Positions 25,117-39,966 of a DNA stretch of 64,000 nucleotides are shown here, one piece after another. Within the stretch, counting starts at the first letter, position 1. Each line of letters begins with the position of its first letter. This stretch comes from Phoronis australis (lineage: Eukaryota; Animalia; Phoronida). The stretch covers positions 62,001 to 126,000 of the forward strand of contig NMRA01000197.1 in assembly GCA_002633005.1 (NCBI GenBank), given 5' to 3'. Both the position numbers and the translations under genes were made by a program. Under the pieces are notes generated by a model. That model was not told the origin of the DNA and made no database searches. It worked only from the letters and a program-made list of their open reading frames with translations.

Positions 25117-27210
25117 GGAGGCTGCTGATGTTATTGTTTTCTAGATAATGAGGCCCAGCATAAACAGATTGGGGGCTACAATAGTATTTTTATATTTTAA
25201 TTTTCAAAGTTTGTAAATAGTGTATTTGGAAAGTTCGTAAAATCGACGTGATTAGGTTTTTAAAATTTTGAAATTTGGACAAGAAATGTGAATTTTGCTA
25301 CCCAAAACGGTTGTAAAATGTTCCAATAATATCTTTCTCATGAACTGTGCGGAGTGTGCAACATAATTGGGCCAATTATCAAACCACTGGGCAGAAGTTG
25401 GATTTCGAGGTACAGTTCTTGGCATGAGAAGCATTAGATATATGTGGGGAGTGTCATTTATTGTCTTTTCCATGTGTCAAGAACCCCAGGGACAAGTTCT
25501 TAAACTTGAAATCTTGATTAAAATAATCCGTAATTTGTGCAGTTTCAAATTGTTTGACAGGATGTTCGGCTGAGCCTGGTGACGCCACCGACATAATAGT
25601 TTGGCTTTTACTGCTGTCAGTTGTCAGATGGCTCAGGTGTGTACAAACGTGGACATAGACATTTTGTTGGACACTATAACATCGACGTATTCCAATGATA
25701 TTGCTGGTGCAGCAGCGTACGCCAATGACAACTCCCGCTCTCTTCCTGATAAAATTCTACCTATGTTGTTTGACAGTTCAGCTAAAAATATTCTCGAAAG
25801 ACTGTCCTAGAGGGTGTTCCAGCGATATTGTCACTCGGTTTTTCATTTTCTTAATTCTAAACGGATTTGTTACATTGGGATATCGAGTCGTTCAGTGGTG
25901 CCTTGTAGTCGTCCAATGTTTCTCTACTTGAACCGGTGTCGCCGTGCATCTTTGATATCACGAAAGGTAATTCATTGTTTACGTTATTGTATTCGTCCAG
26001 CGGGGTAGATAATTGGCGTTTGCGTCCTGACATCGAACAAACGACTGAGCCTGGCTCAAAAGAAATATTCACAGCAAGCCTTTAAAATCCTGAATGGTCT
26101 AGAATACGGGCTAACGGAGGCCGATTAGTTGCAACTCGAACTACTGGTTCGGGATTGTGACAAATCTCAAATAGATGTTAAAATGTAAAATCACAGTTGA
26201 TGTATTACAAAAAACATAACTGTTCAAAGGGTGACAGTTAAAAAAAATCATGAGAATGAGGAGTCAGGCACCAGGTGGTCAACTGGTTCGACCACGCGTC
26301 GGCTCACCAAGGTCTGCCAAACATCGTGTGGTAATCGGGCAAAGATTGATTCAATTTACGAGCAAGGGAAGAGGACAAATGAAAGCCAGTTACCCCAAGC
26401 AGCAGTGTTCATTTAGCATTGTTTTTGATGCCCGATATTGTAAGACAATGTTGAATTTTTACATCTGAAAATATTCCAAATTTGGTCAGTGTACGTGTGG
26501 GTGAAAAATGCGATTAGAATTGGGTCACCAGCGTCACTCTTACATTTACGTCACTTATGTCCTTTCGACATCTGGTAACAAATTGTGTGTTAATGTGGTT
26601 TGTTTCCACTATCGATTTTGTAACGGTAGCATATGCTTACCAAACGTTTTTAAGAAGTGATGCTGGTGTTGCGCTAATGAATAAATAAGAGTTGTTCTAA
26701 ACAAACAGTCGAGTGTGGATTGGTCAGTAACGTATGGGAGAGAGAAACATTTTGTCAAGTGTTTTGCTTGACACTGTGTAATCACTGATTCCTGCCTCCA
26801 CCTCCAAACATCTTAGCCGACACTGTGTAGATCAGCAGCAGAAACTGGCGAACAGTAAGTATACGTTATTTCTTGCGCAACGGTCGTTTGTTATACATGT
26901 AAATTCTCGAGCAAAAAACCATCTGTTCGGAAACTACCGCATTATGTTTATGCAGTACAGATTCTTATATAACTGTTGTAGTGTTCTTCCTATAAACGAC
27001 TTGATGCCACCAATTTACACAAAAATTAGTACATTTCGTTGTGTTGTTGTTTTAGATAATCGAAACAATTGAAATTTGTTATTCGTATGAATTAAAAAGT
27101 TAATGAAAACAACACCCCTAGCTTGGACGTCAAAAGAGACATGTTTTATTTTTGCGTGTATCTTAGATATAGAGATAGATAGATATAATATGTATCAATC
27201 CAAAAAGTTC

Positions 27211-27330
27211 CAATACGAAACAAAAATAATATTTTACACCAGAAAAAAGTACCAATATAAAAACACAAATAATGTTTTACACCAGAAAAAAATTCCAATA
27301 CAAAAACACAAATAATATTTTACACCAGAA
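27211..27330. repeat. Minisatellite, about 3 copies of a ~43-bp unit
   Basis: aata...aaataat(a/g)ttttacaccagaa occurs three times in tandem. Confidence 0.85.
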
Positions 27331-29857
27331 CATCAGAGTTGACAGTTGTCTTCCATCACAGTCCCACGAATGCTTCCATATAGTTTTTTCACGAATGCAT
27401 TAAAGTATTAAAGTTCTCACGAACGCAACTCGTTCATCATGAAACTTTTGTTAACGAGAAAGAAAATTTGTTTCGGTACACGAAATAATACAGTTCGAGA
27501 AAAGACTTGTGTTCGTGATAAAAGAACAATGAGAATGACTTGTACGATCCATGTGGGCCGAAGGTTGTCTACCACGATGTATCTGTTATAAATTTAGTGT
27601 AATGAATTAATGTAACAAAACATTTGCCCACTTATCTCGTTTAAAAGTATGATTTTCTTAAATTAGATTTCGAAGGTGCAATAAAATGTTTTTGATCCTT
27701 TTATGAAAAAAACACGAAAGTATAGAGCACTTAGGGCTACAAAAGTTGTCTCAACGTGATTATTTGTGGGCTTATATAAGTCTAGCAGTTCGTTTTCTTG
27801 AGACCATGCTTAGGGCAAAGAATGACGGGACGAGTCTTCGAAGTATGTCTTGAATCTCGCCTTCCGTTCACGAGTATCCATCAACAACTAAAACGCAACT
27901 TTTTAAACACGCTTTCTAGTTCAACTAAGAGTAAAAAATGTCAAAAACGACGAAAACGTAACTTTGGCACATAATCTTTGCATCCATAAGTTTTACCATG
28001 TTTGAGACAAATTTAAATCACAAAACTTAAGCCTTTCCTCTAAAAATTTTAAGCCAATAAACACTTTCAAAATTAGTTTTCAAAACTGTTAGCTTCAGGG
28101 TAAAAACGTGCAACCCAAAATAAGAATCGATGCGAATCGGAACCGTGGCCCTTTGAATACAGTATTGATATACTAACACAAAACAATTTGTTTTGATATG
28201 TATAATGCTTCATGTCAATTTTATTACATTTGTGCTTTATTTAACCGTTTTAAATTTAGTCCAGAACCGCGATTTCACTGAAGTTAACTTTTTAACGCAA
28301 TTTGTTTTTGTCACTGTAACTGATCCGTGAAATATTAAAACGACTTCTCACACAACATATGCCGATAGAGAGTCGCTCTGAGACCATGAGCTGACCCCAG
28401 AAAGTAATTAATATTTACCTATTCATATATTTAACATACGATTAGAAGACTGACATAGTGGTATAAGTACTTCAATATGTAAATATTAAATAAATAAACC
28501 TGACACCTTAGAAAAATAATTAAATCGTTGCTACATGTCTTCAAAGATTAGAACATGATAAACAAATTGATAGTGTTTAAGAAATGACTACATGTATATG
28601 TGTAAGTGTGTGCGTATATGTTTGCAAAATTAGCAGTGTTTCTGTGTAATAGTACAATATGTATATGGTTATTTACGGTAGACATAATTGTAAGTGAAAC
28701 AGCTCCAGTCATTGCACGTTGAGAAAAAATCTGAAATCTTGTTCCTGTCCAGCAAAAGAGGGTGTGTTTATCTTATCTAGAACTAAGACGGTATTTTATT
28801 TTCAAAGATAACTTTAGAAACATGAAAACGTAAACAGTGACTTGCCACGATTGGTTTGTAAAATGGAGTTTTCAGTAATAGGGTTGTAGTCGCGACAAGT
28901 AACAATAAAGTATCGTAAGAGATCTGGCGAACGATAATTTCTTATCGGTCTGTTGTTTCGGTTGTGATAGCAATTCTAACTCACTGCTAACTTCACTCCG
29001 CGATTACGTGAAATGCGCGCACAGATCTGATGAATCATTACCGTGTGGCGTCTGAAGCTGTTTTGAAGTGCTTTTCTATCTCTTAGTTTTTGGATTTATT
29101 GATTGTATTGCGCGTTGTTTAGATGATTGAAGGAGACGGAAGCATGAGGCAACTCGTGCGCTAACATTTGGCCTTTTGTCACCCCAATGTTGTAAGCGCG
29201 CCTTAGCCAGACTGTGTGCAGAGTAACCCGTCTATTCACAAAACTTCATTAATGGGCGTCGCCCAGCAGCGCTGCTGAAAAAAAAAAACGTATTCGGTAT
29301 AGTTTCTCTTGCAATGCACCGATTTTAAAAATTCAAAGACGGCTAATATTCATTTTGTGGCCATCCTTATTTATTGGTTTCGACTTTGAAACAGATACGC
29401 TAAACAAGTGCGTTGGTTACGACCGCAATCATCTCATCCGATAGACATTCGGCCAAGCCCATGAATAGCCATCAGTTTACTTTGATGTGTGGTGGCGCCG
29501 TAAAGTCTTTGAAAAGTCGATAAATTTGCTGGTGAGTGTGGGGTGTGGGATGCACGCATTCTCGTCCACTTTCCTGCAAATAGTGCAAGCGTTCGAGTTA
29601 CCATTTGTGGCAGAACATTTTTGCGGACAAAATCATAAGAATATATAATCGAAACCACCCGTTTCAACATGAAATATTCTTTCATTGACACCCTCACCGG
29701 TTGAGATTGGGCAACTCGACCTTGGAATATGCCTGCAGTGATCAAAAACACCATGCTATTGTAGTCAGTTACACAGGCACCAGAAATTTGTACACGGGGA
29801 AGGGTCCGTTTGTGCACATTCTCGGGACACCTCACCAGTGTCAGTAGGCACCGCTAC

Positions 29858-29861
<4 letters not shown>

Positions 29862-29946
<85 letters not shown>
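29862..29946. repeat. (GT)n microsatellite, about 42 units
   Basis: Perfect dinucleotide run. Confidence 0.99.
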
Positions 29947-29948
<2 letters not shown>

Positions 29949-30737
29949 AGGGAGTGAGAGGTAGACGCCAAAGTAGTCGTGACTCAGTGCATGTTCGTGA
30001 CGTTTCACACCTTTTAAGGTGTAAAATTAAAATTGGTACACCACTTCATGAAGTTTGATTTGGAGTGTTTTTTAACTTTAATAAGGCTGAGAATAAAAGA
30101 AATGTTGATATTTAATCCCATACGCGTTGAATCTGTCGAGGGAAATACGTTAATGTTTTCCGTATTCACCCCCGCACTACTTCAACAGCGACCTCTGACA
30201 TGGAAAGTTCAAAAGGTAGGTCAATGTCGACTCGACGTCGATAGCTGGTTCGGTCATCAAACTTTCGAAAAATAGTTTAAAATAATGCAATTGCAACAGT
30301 GTGAGTAACACTTGACATTTATTCAGGTCTCAGTCGTAACATCCAGAACAGGAATCTTAATTAGCTGGTATTATGAGTATATGACAGTTTTGTCTCTGTT
30401 TTCAATTGCTAAAGTTATGTCGTCTTCAACCCAGGCGCCGATTCCTCGGTAACGTCGGTCTCGTTGGGACATTCCCAGATGAAATGAATTCTCGATAGGA
30501 TATGGCAATAGTATTTCTATGTATGTGGGATAACCTATATATATCCCACTCGACATGGCGGAATAATGTCTCGTGGGATATTACTTCGTCAACGCCACTC
30601 TCTGTACGTTTTGTGTATTTTTTCAACATGCACACAAGCAAAAATCCAGAATTAAATACAACAAAACGGTGTTCATATACGACAACTGTAGCTCTTCAGT
30701 TTGGTAAAAACACTTATTTGAAATATGACCACAAGTG

Positions 30738-32445
30738 TTAAAGGAGCATGCCACCCAAAAAAAACCTAATTTGTATCAATTCAGATCGAGTAGTTCTACT
30801 CCATAATGACACGTACGGTTGCGTTACCTGACGCCTGACGGCAGACGGAGGTGTTGAAATTATCCAATGACGTCATCGGTTTCACACGCAGTCTGTTCAG
30901 CAGTTCACAACATGGGTTACTGGTGTCAGCTTATCGCTTGAAGTCATCGTTGAACACCAATCAATCATCAAACTTCGATGTAAAACCCTTAAAAATACAC
31001 CGAGTTCTTATAAAAACGTGTTGTTTTATTTCGCTCTTACGCATTTATTGGTATTTGGACACACCGTAGCCTACAAAGTTCGACAGGCCAATAACTCGGG
31101 TCCGTAGCAGGAGTCTGGGGTCTGTTCGGAGATAATTTCGAAGTATTTTCAATGAGATACAGACGGGAGAACCTAGATCTGTGTTGTTTAGACTTGCGAT
31201 TTTTTTGAGTTCTAAACACAAAACGCTTGTTAGCCTGGCCAGTGCCTCGGAGCCCGATCAGATCCGTCGCGGCCGGCCCGGGATTGACTCGTTATCCGCA
31301 CCAGTGGCTCAGAAACTGATCAGACATCACGAACATAAACCAGCCAAAGTTCAGTGGAAACTAAACTTCCAGCCAAGAAAATACTATACTAGTGAGCCAA
31401 AGTAATGTGCACCTGATTATGTTGGTAAATTAGCCACGAAACTGCAAATCTACTTACTCGTCGGGGGCCGCGAATTCTGAGGTTCCGCTTTGGCCACAGC
31501 ACCGTCAGGGCAGAAATTGTACATTGACAATCGTTATTTGAGTAATGTAAATGTAAATAAGGATTCCCCTAACACCTGGCCGTGGGATGGAAATCGACTT
31601 GTTTCACAACAGTTTCTGCAAGCAAACACGAAATTAGCATGAGCTCACTAGGCCTAGGTGTCCCGTCAAATTAGTTTTACTGCACCTAAAGCCGGGTAAC
31701 GCAGTGTTTTATTCATTGTTGGCTTTTCAAATCCTTTGCACTCACGAACACTCCAAAGGCATTACAGATTGCATTTAATGAGACAGACTTCGTTTCAGTT
31801 TTATATAAGTTTTGGTTAGGGTGAGAATAATACATTTTGAAACAGAACGCTCAGTAATAAACGCCAACATGGCAACTCGCAATCCCGACTTAGGACGAGC
31901 TAGAGCTCATCATTTCCGACTTCGCAGGTGGATCGTTAAGTTTTACAGGCTATCAATTCGAACAGGAATACAGTGATGAAGAAATACTAGAGAGGCGCCG
32001 TGAACAAGCTCGGACAACGGAACGTACATGTATGGAGTTATTTGGTAAGCCGGCATTCGTCAGGCACTGCGACGTCTGCAGGCCACAGACACGGAGATGT
32101 TTCACGGCCTCATACTTGCTAGTTACAGCGTACATTTCATTCTTCACTACCATGAGCCACTTCCTAAGCATCTCGGACTCTCGAGGAAGTAAAAAAAAAA
32201 ACGATATACCTGCTTTCCTCGCAGCTGCTTAGTTCGGACACGCGGGAACGATGCACCACAACTTAGCTGCATTCACTCTGCATATGAATCACTGACGTCG
32301 CTAGCGTCGTTTCTCACCTTCCTCACAGGTTAACGCGACACCTCTTGGCAAGGTAAGGTCGACCGTATGCGAGGCGATGTGGCCGGATATAGACCGACTA
32401 AGACGGCAAACAAGACTAATTAAATCGGGTGGCATTCTCCTTTAA
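30738..32445 (-). mobile_element. Second full-length non-autonomous Kolobok-type element, inverted relative to 12170-13843
   Basis: TTAA-AGGAGCATGCCACCC ... GGGTGGCATTCTCCT-TTAA. Reverse-complement similarity over the whole length; minus-strand CIVPACPN...MLRKWL...RVCGL. Confidence 0.85.
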
Positions 32446-35400
32446 GTCCATAAAATCACTCGGATTACAGATGTCGCCAGTGAATTGCAATAAGCAAAAA
32501 GACTCCTAGTTGGACGTAGTATAATAAAACAGTGAGTCCAGCGCAAGCTATATCTTGCAAAACATCCAGGCCATACCTGCAAAGCAAGTCACTTCACCGA
32601 AATCAGCCTACGAGGCATTCTACCAATCAACCTGTGACAAATATTTCGCACAACGAATTCTAAAGTGCCAAAGCAATTCTCCAACACGAGGAAACTCAAT
32701 CGGCTTTCAGGAATCGTTGACCTCAACGTGTATTTATTCGACAAACTGCCGAAAACGACCTCTCACGAGAGTGTTCTTTAGTCGTACTCAAGAGCTATTA
32801 CACGATGGGCTTCGTAAGTCCGCTAAGAATCGCACTGACAGGCCACGGAAAAGCTATCCGTGCCCACTTGTTTGCCGTTGTAGGTTAAAACGTACTAGAT
32901 ATTCACTAAACCGACGATGACTAAAGCAGCATCAGTGAAGCCGGTGTTCCCAGTCATTCGAATCCACCACAGACATTCTTCGTGATTGTTGATAACGAGT
33001 TATCCAATAAAAACGAAAGAACCATTGAAGCAGATTTCCCAGCACGGCCCGTCTTACCATACTCGGTTTATTTTACAACTGACGCAAGGCAGCATGAACA
33101 TTTTCCAAGAAAACGTCTACCCTGTGAATTTCAGGAATAAAATACCAAGCTCGTTCTCGAAACACTTCAGCATGGCAGTGTTCTCAAAGAACTGCACGCC
33201 AGTGCCCATTGGCAAAACAATTTTAACCGCCTTCTTTGTCAAGGCTTGTTACTGTTCGGCATTTGGTGCGAGCTACTGCGCTTAATTTCCACTATTAAGG
33301 GGCATGCGCTGTAGGCTTAGTACTGAGAATGGGTGCGACCTTTAGGACACTATATGTTCAAACCAGGTTACAGGTTTTGTCTATCACTTGCAGACTCAGT
33401 AGCGTGAACATTATAGCAAGATCATCAAATTTCAGTAATAAGATATTGTAAGTAAATGTAGTGTGGTATGAAAAATGCACTGCGCCACAATCCAAAAATC
33501 GTTTCTTAAATGAGTGTTAAAGATTCTAGTGAAATTGTCCGAGTTTCTATGACTATTCATTTTCCAAGCAATGTCAGCCGATGTTTTTTGTCGTTTATGT
33601 TATTTAGTTCTCCATTTTAATTCAAACCAAAGCCTATTTTGATTTCGGAACCATCCAATCGAGCGCCACAAGCGAGTGTTTTTTCTGAAAATCGATGATG
33701 GAAATAAAGGCATTCTTTCGTAAAAAGTTATTTTTTCAACTCTAGGCATAACTGAACTACATATGCAAGACATTAGAACAATTTTCCATTTAGGGTGAGA
33801 ATATGTTTGGTCACTCCACAGCAACTGGTATGAATAAAAACATTTTAAATGAACATAACATTTTCATCGTCGCAAACGCTAAAGTTAGATTTCATTCTAA
33901 AAGTTCAACTTGTTGGGTAAAACGCAGGAAGTTGAGTTCACAGTCTGACTTCATCAGCGGCTTTTTCCTAACTGTCCCAAAACACTTTCTAAAACCCGGT
34001 TCATACAAATTTCTTGTTTTGAAGAGGGGTTCTTTCGAGGAAGCCCTTTTAGTGACGTTGGCTTTGTAAATTTCCAAGACATTTTAACATAAGCCTACGA
34101 TTTCCAACTGCGAAGCAAACGTAAGTTCTTAACTTATCTGGACGTAAACTAATGAGGATGCACACTGTAGGTCAGGCGCACTGAAGGAACATTGACAAAA
34201 CTAGCCACTGCGTTCCGCGAGCCAAACAGTAGTGCGTATTTTTTAATGTTGGGGTACGTCAGAGCTTCGACTACAAGGATTGTTTTACTCGCGTATAAGC
34301 GCAATCCCTCAGCTGATTCCGAATATACATGTAGACGTAGCTTCGAATGTTGGGCCGATGCCTAAATACGGCATCGACAGTAAAAACAATAAAGTTGTGA
34401 TGGAATTGTGTAAGACATTGTGGCATTTTAAACATCTTATAATGATTTACATTTTTGATACTTCAGTGACTTCCGCCTTTTATGAAAGACTAGTTAAATA
34501 TCTTCATTCAGTTTTCAATTAGTTAGCCAGCTGGCATTCTGATGTCGGATATCGCAAGCTTCAATCCGTTGAAAATTGAAATTCACGAAGTTCTGAAAAG
34601 TTAATGTGGTCCGGAGAGTCGCCACTCTCCGAAATATCGGCCCTTTGGACTATCAAACCAAACTCCAAGAACATCAAATAAATATACGTGTACTGTACAT
34701 GTAGGTCATCCAGTTACCCGTCGTCTGCCTGTATTCCCACAGTGAGGTCCAAAACACTACCCATACTGCCTTGCGTGACCAGAAGCGCCGTCCTAGCGAA
34801 TGATTTATGAACTGCTATCAACAAGAAGGTCTACTCCAACGAGGCCCTAGTTTCCATGAGTAGCAAGTCAACGTTAAGTACGTCGCCGTCACTTTCGTCA
34901 CTCGGAGATACGGCACCATCAACTGCAATATTTGAAAAAAAAAAACATTTTAAAAAAATCAGTATCGTTCTACAACATTTTAGATGTCACTCACGTGTAC
35001 TACTTGGGCTAATATTTTTTCCCACGGAGTACAACCAAGTGTGTAAATTCAGCTGTAGAGCATTTAGAACTCGAATTCAAAACATTAGAGATGTCAAGAT
35101 ACTGTACAAAAAATTAAGAATAACATTTTTGTCGTAAATAACAAAGATTAAGTTACTACTGACAGAAATAAAGTTTAACATTCACTTTTATTATACCACA
35201 GACGTACTCAGCTTCTGATCGTCCCCAATACACTATATATAAATACTACAAGGTATGACACTCGGGACTAAAAATTCCACGGGTGCTTCAGTTCAGCAGT
35301 GCATATCAAACATAAAACTTAATAACTTTACACAAAACAGGGGTTCAACAAACCATTAGCAATTGTTCTTTCTTCTAATACCATTTAAGGTGTCCTGCTC

Positions 35401-37009
35401 TGGCGAGTTCATAACAAATTCGCGGTGAAAGCACAAAAATTTACTTTCTACTTTTTCACACGCGAATAGGGTTCAAGGTCAAGTACCGTACGGAATTATC
35501 TGATGAGTTACATACAGCCGGCAATTGCCGGTTCATCACGGAAGGTTACGAAATGGTCTGCTAAGTGTGGAGTTATCGATGTCGTGACTTTCCGTGACAA
35601 ATAGGCAATTTCCGTGTGAAAAAGAACTTAGTACGCATGAACTTCCTAACAACAACAAAGACGACGCCCATTCCTTTCCTTCTTTTAAACATCTAACTAG
35701 CATCTTTTGTAATAAATATTCTCATACCGAGGGTGACATATATGGCTATTGTGTTCTCTACATTTATTGTTTAAGTCTATTATTGTATTTGTCATTTTTG
35801 CACTCATATTTTATTTGTATTTTGTTAATATTTCATATGCTAATGTTTTCAACCATTTTTGTGTATCCATGTTCGCACCTTAATGGAAATAAGCTGTAAT
35901 TCCTCCGCTATCCGAGTTTCCCACTTGTACTTTTATTGAATTTCATTGGTCTTGAACCTTTTCTAGGATTTCCTGTAGTTATTTGGGACAAATAAAACAA
36001 CAATATTGGGAATTTCAGGGTCACAGCTCTACAAATGAATATTTCACATAAAGAACCAGATGGGTTCCTTAATTACAAGAGACAACACACACATTTACGA
36101 TACCCAATGTGTAATTGAGTATCAGATACTAAGTGGCCCAGGTTAGCACAGTACCAAATGGGTACATAATACCAAATGGGTATTGGCCAATTGCCTACCA
36201 AGTGGGTCGAGCAAAACGGCAAATTCAATAACAAGTACCAAATGGGTACAACTGCCAACTGCGCAAATATCATATAATAAAGTACCAAACATCAAACAGA
36301 CAACTGAGCTATAACAACCTGCAAAGCAGGTTCCGGACAAGCTGAGTGAGCAGACCAGCCGGAGTGATAAAAAGAGATATTGTAAGGAACGTGGTGTTGT
36401 GGCTCAGTATGTGCCACATGGGCAGGGTTGTTCATGGGTGAACAATCCTGTCCACCGCCAAAACCCGCGTGGTGGCCGTGACCCTGGTAGAGGAGTTGCA
36501 GGAGTTGGGGGAAAAAGGTAGTCGGAAACAATGGGAAATCGACCGATGCCTTTCTCGGATTTTCCTCCATATTTGTTGAAGCTCAACCCCCCTCCAGAGT
36601 GCAGGCAAGACGTGTGGCTTGGGGCACATCACCCGAGGGACAGGTTGGATAGCTCACGATGGGCAGTACAGTACCGCTCCCAAAAAGGTCGCAACCCAGC
36701 CACACCCTGCGCGACCATAGAGCTGGAGTTGTGGTCGCTGTATATGACAGGCCCCTCCAATGTCGCCCTACCGCACCCACCTACTAGACGCAGCTATATC
36801 TTAAGTACAAGGGAAATTGCACTACATGGCAGTGCAGACACAAATATACCTGAAGGACCTGGGGTAGCTCCCACCCGAGCCTCGCATGTTACAGGGCCAC
36901 CCAGCACTCCCCGCCGCGCGCCTAGCCAAGATGTTTTGAGATATGCTTGGAATTCTTGCGGCCATTTTCATAAAAGTGGTTAACAAAATCAAGTTTAAGA
37001 CTTAAACCA

Positions 37010-37162
37010 GCCTCCCGTTCAGTAACGCTAGGACCTCACTAAAAAGCAAGACTTCGCGAAATTACGTGAGAATTTGCCGTGTATTTTTAATAAGAACACG
37101 TGACTTTGATTAGGTTTTAGCTAGGTCCTAGCGTAGGTCCTAGCGTCTACTGAACGCACACC
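37010..37162. mobile_element. Small MITE nested in the Harbinger element
   Basis: Inverted ends cgttcagtaacgctaggacc / ggtcctagcgtctactgaacg. Confidence 0.6.
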
Positions 37163-37700
37163 AGGTCTTCCTAACCCACGTCTAATTTTAGACCTAACAT
37201 GCATTTAACCAACGTGGTTTAAAGTCTGAAAGCCAGGTTCTGTTAGACTGGAGACTGTATTTAAGAAACAGGTTTAAAGTATCCAAGGTGTCCGGTTGTG
37301 TCAATCTGGATTAACTTAACGAAGAAAGTATTGAAGTTCTTCGATGGAACCTCAATCATGTGAGACAAATAGCTCATGTGTACAGTAGCAGTATCAGTGT
37401 GGACATTTGCAGGTGTGTCTGTTACCAATAAAATGAGTCACAAATGTCTGAAAGATTTTTTCATGATTAAAAGGTTTCCTCAAAGAACTAGATAGGGAAT
37501 ACATCAATGTTATAGAAAACGAGAAAACTGGCGGCAACTCAATGAGCGTAAGCAACAGGCTTGGAGAGGTAATGGTCCAGACTAGCTGCACAGTTCCCAC
37601 AGTTCTGAAATGAAGCAACAGGCAAGAAACACTTAAAAATGAAGGCCAGGAAGGAAATTACATTGGTGAAAAAGGTCGCGAAAAAAAACTTTGACGGACG

Positions 37701-37917
37701 CAGTGGCGGATCTAGGGTATCATGAGGGGGACCAACGTTTTTCGTTCTCTGGTACCTGTGCCCAACAAACGTACACAAACTAAAGTACACGCCGACGATT
37801 AGGCGCAACATAATGAATACCCTAATTTAATTCCGTATAGTTTTTACTATTCACTTTTTGCTGGCGGCCAAATGGGAGGGTAGAACCCCTGCCCGGTCGT
37901 CCTTAAATCCGCCACTG
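37701..37917. mobile_element. hAT-type MITE interrupting the Harbinger Myb/SANT remnant
   Basis: TIRs cagtggcggat / atccgccactg, flanked by ggacg / ggacc. Confidence 0.7.
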
Positions 37918-38355
37918 GGACCAAAGGAGCTCAGGCAGAAGAATCAAAGATGATGCCGTCTTTAGGCTCGCCCGTAACACTCACGACTGTGACGCCTTGC
38001 TCGATCAGTCTTATTCTGTGAAACCAGTCCGAATGACAATCTGCAACACGTTTCGGTCTACGTTTGAGTCCGTGTCGTAGTAAACATGAAAAATGAAAAT
38101 AATACGTTCTCGTTCTAAATTAATTGAATCGGTGTCTTTCAGCTCCACGGTTGAGCACACTTTTATCGCGCAAGTCAGACATCAATTTAAGAGTGTCAAA
38201 CCTGGGTCTGGACAGCTCTTTTAAGAGCTGGCTTAAAAGTTTAACCTGCTTTGAGATCTTAATACAGTTCTAAGGAATGTAATTCTCGTTGTTGAAATGA
38301 AAACCGGTGTAAACCAGGTCTCAAATTGGGTTAAACCAGGTTTTACAAGACCACT

Positions 38356-39794
38356 GGTAATAACGCTAAGACACCTTTATTACGTGCAATCTGGTCTAAA
38401 GTTCCTTGCGGAAAAAGGCCTTCTATCGGAATCACAGTCTGGTTTCTGCATTCTACTCTTATTTTAAACAATCACGCTACTGACATTATTTTTAACAATT
38501 TGGATCAGAGGAGGCTTACCGATGCTATTTTTGTTCACCTTAAGAAAGCCTTTGACATTGTGGGCCATGTTATCCTATTACAGCAACTAGAGTCACATGG
38601 AGTTAACGATAACGAACTTCTTCGGTTTAAAACTGATACGACCTCAAACTGGCTACCAAATACGGTAGCTTTCTTTCCAACTACTCAACCGTTGTCACTG
38701 GCGTATCTCAGGGTTCAATTCTGGGCCCTCTATTATTCACTTTTTTGCTAAAGATCTCCCTACCGTCCTCCACAACAGTGTGTACTAGTTTTATACGCTG
38801 ATGACATCGCAGTTATGTCCACAACTGGCTCAGTAAAAGAACTTGAAACTTCTCTCAATGATGAGATAGCCCTTATCTATGACTGGCTTTTTAAAAATAA
38901 ACTCACTCTTAGCATTTTTGAAACCAAGTCTATGCTGTTGGAAACCCACCAGAAATTAAAACAGCAGAAATTGTCTCTTTTTACCAACGGTTCCCCTAGT
39001 GAGTGTTCTTGGGCCTTATTTTAGGTTCCAAACTTATGTTTAATTTGTATGCAGATCACATCACAAAAATTGTCGTGGTAAATCGGCGTACTTAACGTCT
39101 AGGTAAATTTCTTAATGTCAGCACTGTTAAGACACTTTACCTTTCTATTGTCCACCCCCATATTGGTTACTGGTTTCCGGTTTGGGACATACGAGCGACA
39201 ACCTCGTAAGCAAAGTCCAGGCAATCCATAACAGAGTCGTCAGGGCTACCCTGGGTACTAGAATTAGGGACACCCGGTTCAACGAATTGTATTCCAAGCT
39301 TGGATTTTTGAAAGTAAGACAAAGAAGTAAAAATCTCTCTGCCTGTTGCATGTACAGACGTGTCAATGACTTGGCTCCAGCATATCTCAGCTGCAAATTC
39401 AGTAGCAGTCAAACTTTATATTCTACAAGTTCTTCCGTTGTTGGCAATGTTTGCTTAAAAATCAAAACCAAGACGGGCAAGGGATGTTTTATGTATGCTG
39501 CTACTGCAGTATGGAACTATCTTAGCCCAGATATTAAACGGCCCAATTCAGTTAATGTCTTCAAATTTCATATTAAAAAGTGGCGGTAATTTATTTGCCA
39601 ATTCTTACATCTGTATCTGTCTTAATTATGCCATTTTTCCAAACTGTAAATACACTCAATACTTATTACCAACTTTGCATTTAATTTCCTGTCTAGTTTA
39701 TTCATCCTTCGTCATTCAGTTATTTATAATCTAAATTCCCATCCTGTTTTGATTGACCTTATACTCCAGGCCATAGGCACACAGTACATATCTA

Positions 39795-39827
<33 letters not shown>

Positions 39828-39966
39828 CACTCATGCATTGTTTTACCACTTTATTGTATCATATTGTACTGTATTGCATCCTGTTATTGAGGGCCCTCTT
39901 GGAAAGCAGTGCTGAGACTGAAGAGGCCACCCTCATTTTAACTATTATAATAAATAAATAAATAAA
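38356..39966 (+). mobile_element. 5'-truncated, degraded L2/Crack/CR1-group LINE
   Basis: RT motifs QSGF, LKKAFDIVGH, GVSQGSILGPLLF and LYADD; C-terminal APAYLS...F.Y.ATAVWNYL; (TAAA)n tail at about 39948-39966. Flanked by an 11-bp duplication acaagaccact / acaagtccact. Confidence 0.88.

Noticed and set aside
29765-30058. His-Thr and Val-Cys repeat ORFs
   Set aside because: These are translations of the (GT)n microsatellite.
32500-33300. Coding-like stretch with 121-aa and 99-aa ORFs
   Set aside because: No family motif in the frames examined and no convincing splice sites.
36090-36950. GC-richer patch with overlapping ORFs and gtaccaaatgggta repeats (possible gene or CRISPR-like array)
   Set aside because: The repeats are few, short and irregularly spaced in a eukaryotic context, and no frame gives a recognisable protein. 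It is likely TE debris.
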